From Anthoceros angustus (lineage: Eukaryota > Plantae > Anthocerotophyta), in assembly GCA_010909165.1 (NCBI GenBank), contig VJWM01000106.1, positions 310,001 to 374,000 of the forward strand: a stretch of 64,000 nt of DNA, in the 5' to 3' direction. Of this stretch, positions 1-12,873 are shown piece by piece. Under the pieces are notes generated by a model. The model saw only the letters and a program-made list of their open reading frames with translations, was not told the DNA's origin and did not search any database. Each line of letters opens with the position of its first letter. Within the stretch, counting starts at the first letter, position 1. Position numbers and translations under genes: made by a program.

Positions 1-1342
1 TATTTGGGAGGTTTTGAACGCTTGCTCTGTGCAACTGAGATGCATGTAGTGAATAATTTGCTAACTCAGTGAGAATGGGGGCAGAGGCCTGAGGAGGGAG
101 TTGCGTACCAGATACCAATGCCAGAAGCTCCAGATCCGGAACAGGTTCTTACTATTTCTTCAATTTCCTGAACTACGTCTGCTATGCTGTTGAATCCTCC
201 GCCTGTCTTCGACCTGCTAGTTTGATGCTAATACCAGTGTGGCTTCTCACAGCTCTTATCCATTGAGGCGCTGAAAGCGAGCTACAAAACAGATCCCAGA
301 CTCCCTAAGTAATCGCCTTTCACTTTTTTGGCTCCCAAACAAATGGCAGTTCTTCCTTGAAATTATGTTCCTCTTATGTTTGACACTCAGTGCTTATCTG
401 TGTCCATGAACAGCTGTTGACATCCTGTGTTACTTGGCAGCCATCTGAGGCGAAATATTGGCAAAGATCTGCTTGGTCCTATTGACCTTCGACTGATAGA
501 TCCGATGGATTTTATTCATCCTAGGCCAAAGACCTCCAGGTATAGAACTTGCAGGGACCTTGAAATAATTGCATTATCTTGTCTTCTCGTGGTAACACGG
601 GTAGAATTCCCTGCAGAAACTCGATGTGGTTGAGATCAAGAAGCAACCTCTCCAATGACCCAGCACTTCATACGTATTTTTCATGCTACAGCACTCTTGC
701 CAGCAACCAAATTCGCATCCACTTATTACCGCTTCACATGTCAGACGTGAGTCTGAACGGATGTAAGGCGGCTGACTGTTATGTTTAATGCAGATGTGTT
801 CTGGCCTATGCCTCAGACCTGGAACTGCTAGATACTGTCCTCCGTCCTCATGGTCTTCGTATTGCCACAGATGCCTTCATATTGAGTCTTGATCATTCGT
901 ATGTGATTTCACTTTCTTCATCTGTTTTCAAAGCTTTTCCAAGATGGGTCTTTTTGTCCTCCTCCTAGCTTGTCACGAGGTGTGGTTGCCTGTCTTCTAG
1001 CATGTGGTTTCACAAGCCGTTTCGAGCAGATGAGTGGTTGCTGATGGTGGTAAGTTGCATTTTTATATACCCCTGTGAGTTCTGTAGAACGGCTGAGCTT
1101 ACTGAATTTGCTGCCTGCTGCTTCAAAGGCGGAACCCATTGTGACTGCTGGGGGCAGAGGCTTCGCACAAGGCCACATTTACAATCGAAGCGGAGAGGTA
1201 TGCACCACATATTCTGCAGGGCTGTGAGGGGATCACCTGTCTGTTGATGATAAGTAATTGTTTGTTGTGGTGCCCACAGCTGGTAGTGTCAGTTGCTCAG
1301 GAAGGTGTGCTCCGAATAGCGAAGCAAAAGGCCAAACTGTGA
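1..1342 (+). CDS. Acyl-CoA thioesterase II (TesB/ACOT8 family, Arabidopsis ACH2-like), copy 1, 5'-partial, spliced
   Basis: Exons at about 85-144, 253-308, 441-539, 618-673, 795-898, 1001-1049, 1129-1197 and 1280-1342 give MPEAPDPEQ, GPIDLR, CVLAYASDL, SLDHSMWFHKPFRADEWLL, GRGF and VAQEG, ending in AKL* (PTS1 signal). Confidence 0.9.
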
Positions 1343-2325
1343 AATACTGTTTGCAAGATGATGTTAGCAACAGGACATAACTCTGCAGGGCGGTGAGGCA
1401 ATGTCTCTGTATGCCTGTGGCGGCGACTCTCCTCAGGAAGTTAGTGCTGTAAATAATGAAGCGAAAGGCGAAATCGCCAAATTATACTGTCAAAATCAAA
1501 TCAGATTTTTTGTTGAGGAACTACAACCTCCCACTGCCGGTTGTTCAATAGGTGTCATAGAATGAATTATCTTCACCTCAGGCAATTGAAGCAGATTTGA
1601 AGCAAGGAGTGAAATTGATGGTTTCCCCCGGCACCATCCAGTCTTCCATCATGAAGCACTCTGGCTTGTCACAGACAAGCGCCCACGCTGTTGCCCAGCC
1701 CTCCGGGATCTTCCACAGCAATGAGGGCCCTCACGCTCGGTAAAAGCAGGTAAAGCGCACATTATCACGCTCTCTCCCCATTCCATTGTGCAGGAGCGCC
1801 CGATCAATGCCAAATCTCCCTTCCTACATTGAAGCACAACATTTTCAGCCGTGGGCAGAGGCTGATTAAGATCCAGACGGGCATGCTACGATGGAGACCT
1901 GCGCCAGTGTAAGTTGCGGCAGGGTTGCCTACAGTTCCATCCTATTGAAGCCCTTTGATTTGAAAATAAAGCAAGGCCTCAGAACCCTCTTCGCTACCCT
2001 GGTCTGTCCCCTGCGAGAAGTATCCTACAGTCAAGCAGCACTCCATGTACATACCTACATTCTTAACCACTGCTGTCAAGCGCGGCCCGAGCATTCTCCA
2101 ACTTGCCGCACTTTGCATGCATGTACGTACCAAAGTGTTAGCGACAAGGGCATTTCGTTCTCCAATTTTTGCATGAGTCTGCGTGCCCTTCTCTAAAGCA
2201 CGATGTGATATAGAGGCAATTAAAGATCTATGTAATGAGTAAACTGGGTGGTTTCGTCCTTGAAATGTTTTTACATAAGCATGAAGGAAACAGCCATGCA
2301 AAGCATGGATGCATGGATGCCAGTC

Positions 2326-2640
2326 GGCGCCGTTCAAGTTATCATCGCTGTGGACAAGCGGACGCCTGTATGCGTCTATGACGGTACTCATCAGCTCATT
2401 GTCCGTAACGAAAGGGGAGAGCCATGCAAAGCATTGATGCAACGCGGCGCTGTTCAGGTTACACATCGCTGCAAACAAGCTCATGCCTGCTTGCTATCTA
2501 TGGCGCAATTTCCGTAAGCACGAACGAGATACCGATGCACAGCTTTGATGCTGGGAGCTCGAGGCGCTGCTCAAGTTATCATCGCTGCAGACAAGCTCAC
2601 GCCTGCATGCTTCTATGGCGGAGACCCATCAGCTCAATGG
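2326..2640. repeat. Degenerate tandem repeat, about 120-bp unit, about 3 copies
   Basis: A core like ggcgc(c/t)g(t/c)tca(a/g)gtta.catcgctg...acaagc..a(c/t)gcctg recurs at about 2326, 2446 and 2563. Confidence 0.75.
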
Positions 2641-2747
2641 CCGAGAAGGGTCAAGTGTATTCCACGTGTTCTGCCGTGAAATTGGGACACTTGGACAGGG
2701 TTGTCCTGAATCCCGCAGGCTTTGGATAGAAGCTTGATCCGGAAGCT

Positions 2748-5264
2748 ATGGGGGTCCCGGAGGCGGATCTCGGGGAAGGTGCTGCCTTCTGTGCATTTTA
2801 TCATGTGACTGGAGTATCGGAAGTTTGGTCTCTGGCTGATTGGGTTGTGGCTTTTCCTTGCAGTGACGGAGTTGCTGGGATCAGTACCTCTGCTGCAGCA
2901 GCTCCCAGCCAGTGCTGTGCAGAAGGTTGCACAAGTGACAGGGCCTGTGCATTTCGGTACGAGGTATCTTAGAAAGTGGATCTTGGGTCGGTGGGGTGTG
3001 AGACAATGGGCTCTGAATTTGTGCCTTGTCAGGTCCTGGAGATGTAATTATTCGGGCAGGGGATGTGGGTGAAGGGGTTCACATCATATGGAAGGGCACG
3101 GTAGGGGAATTGCTTGCTGTGGATCATTTTCTGCGGGGTCACATTCTGGCAACGTTGGTCATGATGCCAGCTTGTTTTAAGCAGGCCAGAGCTTCGCCAT
3201 CAAGTGCGGTTGCAATTGATGGACTTGGCTATGTCAGCCCTCTGTTGAAGCGTGGGGATTATTTTGGAAGTATTTGAAGAATTCTTCACCTCAAGGTCTA
3301 TCAGTTATATGCTCTGTGAGTATTGGCACGTGCTATCGATGGATGGGCCCTTGAATTCAACAGCTTCTGCAGGTCCTGTCCTTGTTCCTCACAAGGTGGA
3401 TGTGGAGGCTATCACCGAGGTACGCGGGTTTCTTTTACCTAGATGGCTGCTTGTTTGAATTCACTTGGCTAGAATGGCGGGAAAAGCCAGCTAACTGCTG
3501 CTTTTGTGAACCTCGATACCCCTTTCAGGCAATTGCAGCAGCAAGCAAGTCCGTAGATCCTGCTCTTTTTGTACATAGTCTTCACTCCTACTTCTTGCGC
3601 AAAGGAGACACAAGCTGTAAGTTGAAGGGAGGTGAAAGTTGAGTGGGGGACAGTACGTAACCTACGGGATGTGTTGCTACAGTACCAATACTTTACAAAG
3701 TGGAGAGGGCACGTGATGGCCGCTCATATGCCACACGTCAAGTATCTGCAATACAGAAAGACACTGTCATCTTCAATATGCAAGCGTCCTTCCAGGTGGG
3801 ATGGGCACGCAAATAAGAGGACACACCCCATGCTTGCACAAATTCCTGCTGTCGCGGATATAGTGGATCGTAGAGCTGTTTCAAACTTACTGAGCTGAGC
3901 AATCTTTGGGATTGTTTGAACACCTGCCCTGTGCAACTGAGATACATGTATGTAGTGAATAATCTGCTAATGTAGTGACAATTGGCAGCAGAGGCCTGAA
4001 GAGGGGGGAGTTGAGTACCAGGTAGCAATGCCAGAAGCTCCAGATCCGGAACAGGTTCTTGCTAACTCTTCAACCTGCTGTACTTGGTCTGCTTTGGGTT
4101 TGAATGCTCCACCAGTCTTGAAACTGCTGGACGTACTGCTATACTTGTATGGTTCATTACAGTTCGTATCAATTGAGGCACTCAAAGCGAGCTACAAAAC
4201 AGATCCCAGACTCCCTGAGTAATCGCCTTTCACTTTCTTAGCCTGAACAGATGGCAATTCCTCCATGAAATTGAGTTTCTCTTAAGTTGGAAACCAAGCG
4301 TTGATCTTGGGACATGAACAGCGGTTGAAATCCTGTTTTGCTTGGCAGCCATCTGAGGGGAGATTTTGGCGAAGATATGCTTGGTCCTATTGATCTTCGA
4401 CTAATGGATCCAATGGATTTTATTAATCCTAGGCCACAGACCTCCAGGTATAGAACTTGCAGGCACCTTGTAGTCATTGCATAAATCTTGTCTTGTCGTG
4501 GTAACATGGGTAGAATCCCCGGCAGAAACTCAATGTGGTTGAGATCAAGAAGCTACCTCGCCAATGACCCAGCACTTCATGCGTATGTTTCATTCTACAG
4601 CACTCTTACAAGCAACCAAATTTCCATCCTTTTATTACCGCTTCACATATCAGACGAGGTCTGAACGATTAACTTTTAGATTTCGGATGTGAGGCGGCTG
4701 ACTGTTATGTTTAATGCAGATGTGTTCTGGCCTATGCCTCGGATATGCAACTTCTAGATACTGTACTCCGTCCTCATGGTCTTCGTATTGCCGCAGATGC
4801 TCTCACACTGAGTCTTGATCATTCGTACGTGTTTCACTTACACTGCTTTTAAAGATCTCCCAAAGTTGGTGTTGTTGTCCACCTCCTAACTTGTCACGTG
4901 GTGGAATTGCTTGTTTTCTGGCATATGGTTTCACAAGCCATTTCGAGCAGATGAGTGGTTGCTGATGGTGGTAAGTTACATTTTGGACTGTCCCTGCGAA
5001 TTCTGTAGGAAGGCTGAGCTTACTCAGTTTGCTGCCTGTTTCTTCACAGGCGGAACCCATTGCGACTGCTGGTGGCAGAGGTTTCGCACAAGGCCACGTC
5101 TACGACCGAAACGGAGAGGTATGCACTACATGTTCTGCAGAGCGATGAGGAGATGTCCTTGCTTGCTAATGTGAAACAATTCTTTGTTGTGCTGCCCACA
5201 GGTGGTAGCATCAATTGCTCAGGAAGGTGTGATCCGAATGATGAACCGAAAGGCCAAACTGTGA
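2748..5264 (+). CDS. Acyl-CoA thioesterase II with N-terminal cNMP-binding-like domain (ACH2-like), copy 2, spliced; probably lacks an internal exon block
   Basis: MGVPEADLGE|VTELLGSVPLLQQLPASAVQKVAQV, GDVIIRAGDVGEGVHIIWKG, LKRGDYFG, AIAAASKSV..VHSLHSYF, RDGRSYATRQV, AYASD, SLDHSIWFH, IAQEG and KAKL*. The 3' exons and introns are colinear with copy 1. Confidence 0.88.
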
Positions 5265-5561
5265 AATATTTTTGAAAGATGAGCTGGAGCAAAGGTACAT
5301 ACTACCAGGGGGTGAGTAACAGTACACAACAAGCGCCATGAGCTGTGGTGTAAGAGTCACTGGCAATGCGAACTGTGTTGTAAGAGAGACACTGGCAATG
5401 CCAAAAATGTGATGGTTATGGAGGTGCAAGATTAGTTTTGCGATGACAATTGTCCACACTCTCATATCTTGATTGAAAGAGTACTAGAGCCGAAATCATC
5501 TGTAAGGTAAGATACTGAGAAATAGAGAAAAAAGCGAATTGACGGAATGTAACATAACACA

Positions 5562-7388
<1,827 letters not shown>

Positions 7389-7469
7389 CACAGTCGGCAG
7401 AAACCTCCACCAGCATATAAACACTAGCCTAGGGCAGCAGGTAGCCCAAATTCAAGCTCCAGTTCGGAC

Positions 7470-8747
7470 ATGGGGACTACTGCTGCTCTCATCTGGCAGG
7501 CCCACAAATTCCTTCCTCTTCGGAGGCAGGATCTCAGTGGGTCGGCCCTCCCGAGGAAACAGAGGCTCGTGCAGTGTGCGGACAGGCACACGCAAGTCCC
7601 TGCAAACTCCCGAGAATGGGGCCGGAGGCATGCAGCCCAGAGAATCCACGATCGGGAGATGTCCGGAGGAGTCGCACCGGCCCCACATCCCCGTGATGTC
7701 CCGGAGAAATGGCCGGTCTCTGTGATCATCCCTGTATACAACGAGAAGCCCAACTTGCCAATGCTGCTGGAAAAGGTCGGGCAGGTGATGCGCAAGCGGG
7801 ACGTGCCATACGAGATCCTGTGCGTGGACGACGGCTCTACAGATGGCTCCGGCACCCTGCTCAAGGCCATGGCTGCGGAGAGGCTGGACCTGCGGGCTGT
7901 CATCCTGCGGCGCAACTTCGGCCAGACTGCGGCGATGGCGGCGGGCTTCGACTTGGCTGCTGGCCAGCTGGTGGTGACGCTGGATGGCGACCTGCAGAAC
8001 GACGCCGAGGACATCCCCCGGCTGCTGGACCACCTTCTCTACGGCGCCCAGGAAGAGGCCTCCACCAGCAGGGATGGCCGGGTGAGCACTGCAGCCAGGG
8101 AGGATGGAGGATATGACCTGGTGTGCGGATGGAGGCGCAGCCGCAAGGACAACCTCTTCAGCAGAAACCTGCCCTCTGCCATAGCCAACTGGATCATTGG
8201 TGCTGCCACAGGTTTGAAGCTCCATGACTACGGATGCAGCCTAAAGGCGTATAGAGCCAGTGCCGTGGCCAATATCAAGCTGTATGGTGAATTGCACAGG
8301 TACATTCCGGCTCTGGCTGCCATCGAGGGAGCCGCCATATCCGAGCTGGAAGTGAACCACAGTGGACGCGCATTTGGTAGCTCCAAGTATGGCCTGGGAA
8401 GGATTCCTCGGGTTCTTCTGGACCTCATCACTGTGTGCTTCTGGGCCAAGTTCAGGGACCGGCCGATGCAGCTGATTGGCCTTGTTGGAGGCCTCTGCTT
8501 GCTTGCATCCATGGGCACGGCGTCTGTGGCGGGCGTGTCTATGTACTCAGCGTCTCTCTTGAGTGGATGGCGGGCTGCATTCCAGAATGTGCTTCCCAGC
8601 CTTGTATTATCTCTTGAGCTCTTCGTCATGGGCCTGCAATGCATCTTCCTGGGCTTAGTGGCTGACATCTGTATGAAAACCTACTTTGAATCCCAGCCCC
8701 GGCCGGTGTACAGAATCCGTGAAGTTGCTACATCCGGATGGCCTTGA
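7470..8747 (+). CDS. Intronless GT2 glycosyltransferase, bacterial ArnC/polyprenol-phosphate glycosyltransferase-like, with N-terminal extension and two C-terminal hydrophobic segments
   Basis: 425-aa ORF with SVIIPVYNE, VDDGSTDGS, RRNFGQTAAMAAGFD, DGDLQND, GWRRSRKD, LHDYGCSLKAYR, LYGELHRYIPALA and SKYG. Confidence 0.92.
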   Translation: MGTTAALIWQAHKFLPLRRQDLSGSALPRKQRLVQCADRHTQVPANSREWGRRHAAQRIHDREMSGGVAPAPHPRDVPEKWPVSVIIPVYNEKPNLPMLLEKVGQVMRKRDVPYEILCVDDGSTDGSGTLLKAMAAERLDLRAVILRRNFGQTAAMAAGFDLAAGQLVVTLDGDLQNDAEDIPRLLDHLLYGAQEEASTSRDGRVSTAAREDGGYDLVCGWRRSRKDNLFSRNLPSAIANWIIGAATGLKLHDYGCSLKAYRASAVANIKLYGELHRYIPALAAIEGAAISELEVNHSGRAFGSSKYGLGRIPRVLLDLITVCFWAKFRDRPMQLIGLVGGLCLLASMGTASVAGVSMYSASLLSGWRAAFQNVLPSLVLSLELFVMGLQCIFLGLVADICMKTYFESQPRPVYRIREVATSGWP

Positions 8748-8910
8748 ACTTTCAAGAGAATGCTGGGTAGTTGCACATCTGTCCGGAATGAATCCACCTC
8801 CTTGTTGTGTTGTATCCGTTGCTCTATCTATGCTTGTGCTAGATACTTCTGCAGGAAGCTATCGAGCTGTTGTCACTCTTTCTTGCTTGTGCAACCGCTG
8901 CTGGCTGGCC

Positions 8911-10587
8911 TCACGGCTTCCACAACCGGATGGTTCCATCCACCGACGCTGTCAACATGCAGCTCTCTTTCGGATGGTAGCTGACACTCGTAACCTGCAA
9001 GGGAGATGAGCACGCGGTCAAATAAAGTGTGATGCTCGGAAGCTGGAAAGGTGAAAAGACGTACGGCCTGAGACAGTGAAATGCTTACCACAGCAGAATG
9101 AGCCTTGAAGGTGGTTACGTTCTTGGGGTCCACCAAATCCCAAAAGTAGACAGAGCCATCTTCGGACCCGCTTACGACGTAAGCATCAGTGTGGGTCAGG
9201 CAGCTATCCATCTTGAACGACTGCACGCAGGTGACACATCACAATCCAACTGTTAGACATGGAGTCTAAGCAAGCAGTTCTAGTGCGAGAACAACCACCC
9301 ATGCCAGTGTTCTCACTTTGTTCATGTGCCCTTTGTACTGCTGCAGCTGTTCGCCTGAGCTCCTGCCAGACAGACACATTGCATACTTCCGTCAGCTTTT
9401 TTTATGATTTCCAAGCTTCGTAATGTGGCTTTCGACCTTTCCCTACTGATACTTTTGAGCGACAGGTGAAGAAAGCTAGGCGTACCCTGTACTGGATGGA
9501 GGGAACGTAAACACTGACCTGTCCAGAAGTCTGAGACTGGAATCAAGGCAGCCTGCAAGGATGCAATTATTGTCGTGCGAGAGGGCCACACTCGTCACAG
9601 ACTGTCCTAGCTGATCTACAATCTCCCTGAACGCCACCATAACATCCGATGAGGGACGTCATGGTTGAAAGAAAACTGCACCAAGCTTTGACTGCATCAT
9701 AAGCATGAGTCACTACCTACCTGCCCAGTCGAATGTCGTAAGTTCGGACGCTCCCATCTACCGATCCAGCTATTATCTCTGTCGCAGTAAGCACGACAGA
9801 TGTAACACTGTCGCCAAACGCATCAATAGTCTGCCACAAAAAGTTCCCAAGTCAAGCAGGTTCGCAAAAACCACGTCTTGAAGGCCTCCATCAGCTAAAA
9901 CCCACATGGTGCCCTCAAATTGACCCTTTGACACAAACATAAAACATGACTCCTCCACCAAATAGCAGCAGATCCAGTACCTGAATGGGCTCCATACTAT
10001 TAGATCGACAGTCCCACGCCCGCACTGTCCGATCGTACCCCCCGGACACAATTGCAGCATCTTGCTCATTGAACTTCACCGAATTCACCTGAAGCACCCA
10101 CCCACAAAATGAGCTGACCAACACCCTGCCGCTCTTCTACGCACAAATTCACAACTTTGCAAAGAAAGCATGCAAACCTCACTATCATGGCCACGAAACT
10201 TGCGTATAATCCTCCCTGTCGCAACGTCCCAGAAGAAGATCTGGCGATCCCCTCCGCAGGACGTTAACTTGGCATTATCACTGCAAACCCCAAATCCCAC
10301 ACCTTTGAGCACGCCATAAACCCTAAACCCTACCTTCTCCGAAATGCACAGCAAGCACGCAATCCACACCTGGAAGTGGCCACATCGCGAACCTCCCTGG
10401 CATGGCCCGAGTACTTCTTTATCAGGAGGCTCTTGCTAGGATTCCACAGCCGCAGCAACCGATCCTTCCCGCAGCTGAGACAGTAATTCCCATCCTTGTT
10501 GAACCGGACTGCGAGCACGGCCCCTTCATGCCCCTTAAGCACCGCCTTCTCCCTGCACGGCAGCTTCTCCGCTTGCGCGCTCCCCAT
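8911..10587 (-). CDS. WDR83: WD40-repeat protein WDR83/MORG1, spliced
   Basis: LKGHEGAVLAVRFNKDGNYCLSCGKDRLLRLWNP, DNAKLTSCGGDRQIFFWDVATGRIIRKFRGHDSEV, SGGYDRTVRAWDCRS, GSEDGSVYFWDLVD and final exon TASVDGTIRLWKP*. Confidence 0.92.
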
Positions 10588-12873
10588 GCTCTCCACGCTC
10601 GCCTACATCTGCGCCATGTCCTCACCCGGCCGCAGCTCCACGGCCTCGGAACAAAAAGACCGCGCTCGATAACTTCCCCTTTCACACTCGCGGACAAATT
10701 CTATCCCGCTCCACGCAGACCTAACTGCCGTCTGCGGATAACGGCCGGTGCCGCCACAAGCCGCAGACTTGGACATGCCATGGCCTAAAACCACAGGACA
10801 AAATTTCTAACATGCCATAGACAGTATACTCGTTCCGTTTGTCCCGAGGTGGGAAGGCGGTTAGGATCGGCAATGATGGACCCATGTCCATGCGTCCAAG
10901 AAACAGGCAAATGGCCATCATTATCATGCCTCAGGCCTTAAGCTAATCCCACGTCATTCCGCCACTCCACTTCGGCGAAACACCATACCGCCGCCGGCGC
11001 CGGTTCACGTTTGCCGGACAGGCGCAGCGCAGCAGTTGGCCCCAACGGTTTACCCGGCTCTTCACCTCACTCCCCATTTTCTTACACAACACAGTACCCA
11101 CTACCCAGTACCAGGTACATGGACTTGGTCCAACATCCGGGCGTGATGATATCCGATGGGCTTTGGAATATGGCTACAACCCAACAAACTCAATCCTCTA
11201 TGGAATCGAACACCAACAAGTACAAAATTATGTTAAAATCTATCTCCCACCCGACCTAAAGCTTGAGAGTTTTTCAATCAATCAATCAATCGAACTCCAT
11301 GCCAATCAATCAATCTTGGTTAGAAGAGAGTCCTGAATGCAACATCTTCTGCCTTTGATGGTACTCCTAAGGACATCTTAGAAGAAACTTGGACTAGGAA
11401 TGAAGTTGAACAACCTCTTCTATCTTGCATGCTATTCCTAAGGACAATCTTAGAAGAAATTTGGAGTAGGAATGAAGTTGAAACATACAAGAAACTAAGG
11501 AGGAACGTAATGTGTGATGTGGGAGGGAGGTGCTACATGACATCAGAAAACTAGGTGACAAAATTGTATGTATGGCCCCGTAAGTTGAAGAGGAAGGAAG
11601 GTGAAGTGAAGGAGAGATGGAAAATATTTGTAATTTCTTATGGTGGTATCTTGGTATATTGGTGCGAAAATGGAATGGCATGGGGCATGTAGCTCAAAGC
11701 CACAAGGCCGTGACAGGCCTGTCTAGTCCCCCTCTTCCCTTGCTTCCCTTGCCTGGCTTCTCCAGCTTCCCTGACGCAACAGCCTGCCTGGCTGCCTGTG
11801 CGCACCAGGAGCGGGTCGAGGAAGGGGCTGCTGCTGCGGCGGCGGCATCTGCGACTGCATCGGCCTTGGCATCGAGCCGCGCTGCGCGGCCTGCCTGTGG
11901 AGTCTGCGCTGCGCTGCTGCTCGCGCTTCTTTCCAGGTACGCATGGATTCTGGCTGCTTCTTGTGGCGCACCCGGGGAATTGCGGCAGTGGAGCAGCTGC
12001 TGCTGCGGTGCTGTGAAATTCCTGCGCCGGCTGCGGCCTCCGCTCTCCGGGTGTGGCTGGCTTGCCGTGACTGTGAAGCGAGACTGGAATTCCAGCCGGC
12101 TTGTCCGCCGGTGTGTCAGCCTTCGTGTGGAGGCCCCCGGGCCGCCGCCTGGGGCCTGGCGCCGCTCGGGGCCCGCGCAATTCCGGAATGTTCGTGTGCC
12201 TGGTGCGGTGTGGGAGCAAGATTGCTAGATTGGGAGCTCCCCGGAGAGGACTGCCTGTGTCTGTTGGACCGGAGTGTTCGTGCTTTTTGCTGGATGATGG
12301 ATGGAAAGATTGCGGATTTTGCAAGATCGGCGCTCCCGGCTCTGGGGAAATGAGTGCAAGCTCGTGAGTGGCAGGCAAGAATGGAGTGGTGAGAGTTGGT
12401 TCTTGAACTGAGGCTCGATTGCCGGGGTGCGCTGTCGCCTTTCTTGTGTCTGTCGGGGGACAAGAAGTGACTGTGTGATCCGGGCTCGGCTTGGCGCTGT
12501 ATTGTCTGTTCCTTGGTGTGATCGTTGGCTAGCTGGGACTGCAGCTGCTCCTCATGCGTTTCAGACAGGGTTCAAGCCCGCCTTCTTTGTGAATTGGTGC
12601 GTGGTAGTGGATATGTTGGATGTACTAAGCTGGTGAGGGTGGGACGAGGTACCTGGCTGACCGTGTCACTGTGTTTTGTTACTTCCGGTGCAGGAGGCGG
12701 CCATGGAATCAAGGCTGTTTCGTTCCTTTTCTCGTGCAAGGATAACCTAGAACATGCTGTTCCGCCTATGATCGGTTGAGAGGGTTTTAGGACACGACAG
12801 ACGTTATCGATCGTCTTTGTAAGATGTTGTCTAGGGCATTCTACACCTATGATTTAAGTTTGTAGCTAGAGCG

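Noticed and set aside
11617-12463. Several overlapping 100-250 aa ORFs
   Set aside because: GC-rich region upstream of the SH2 gene with no recognisable domain; probably promoter, 5' UTR or intron.
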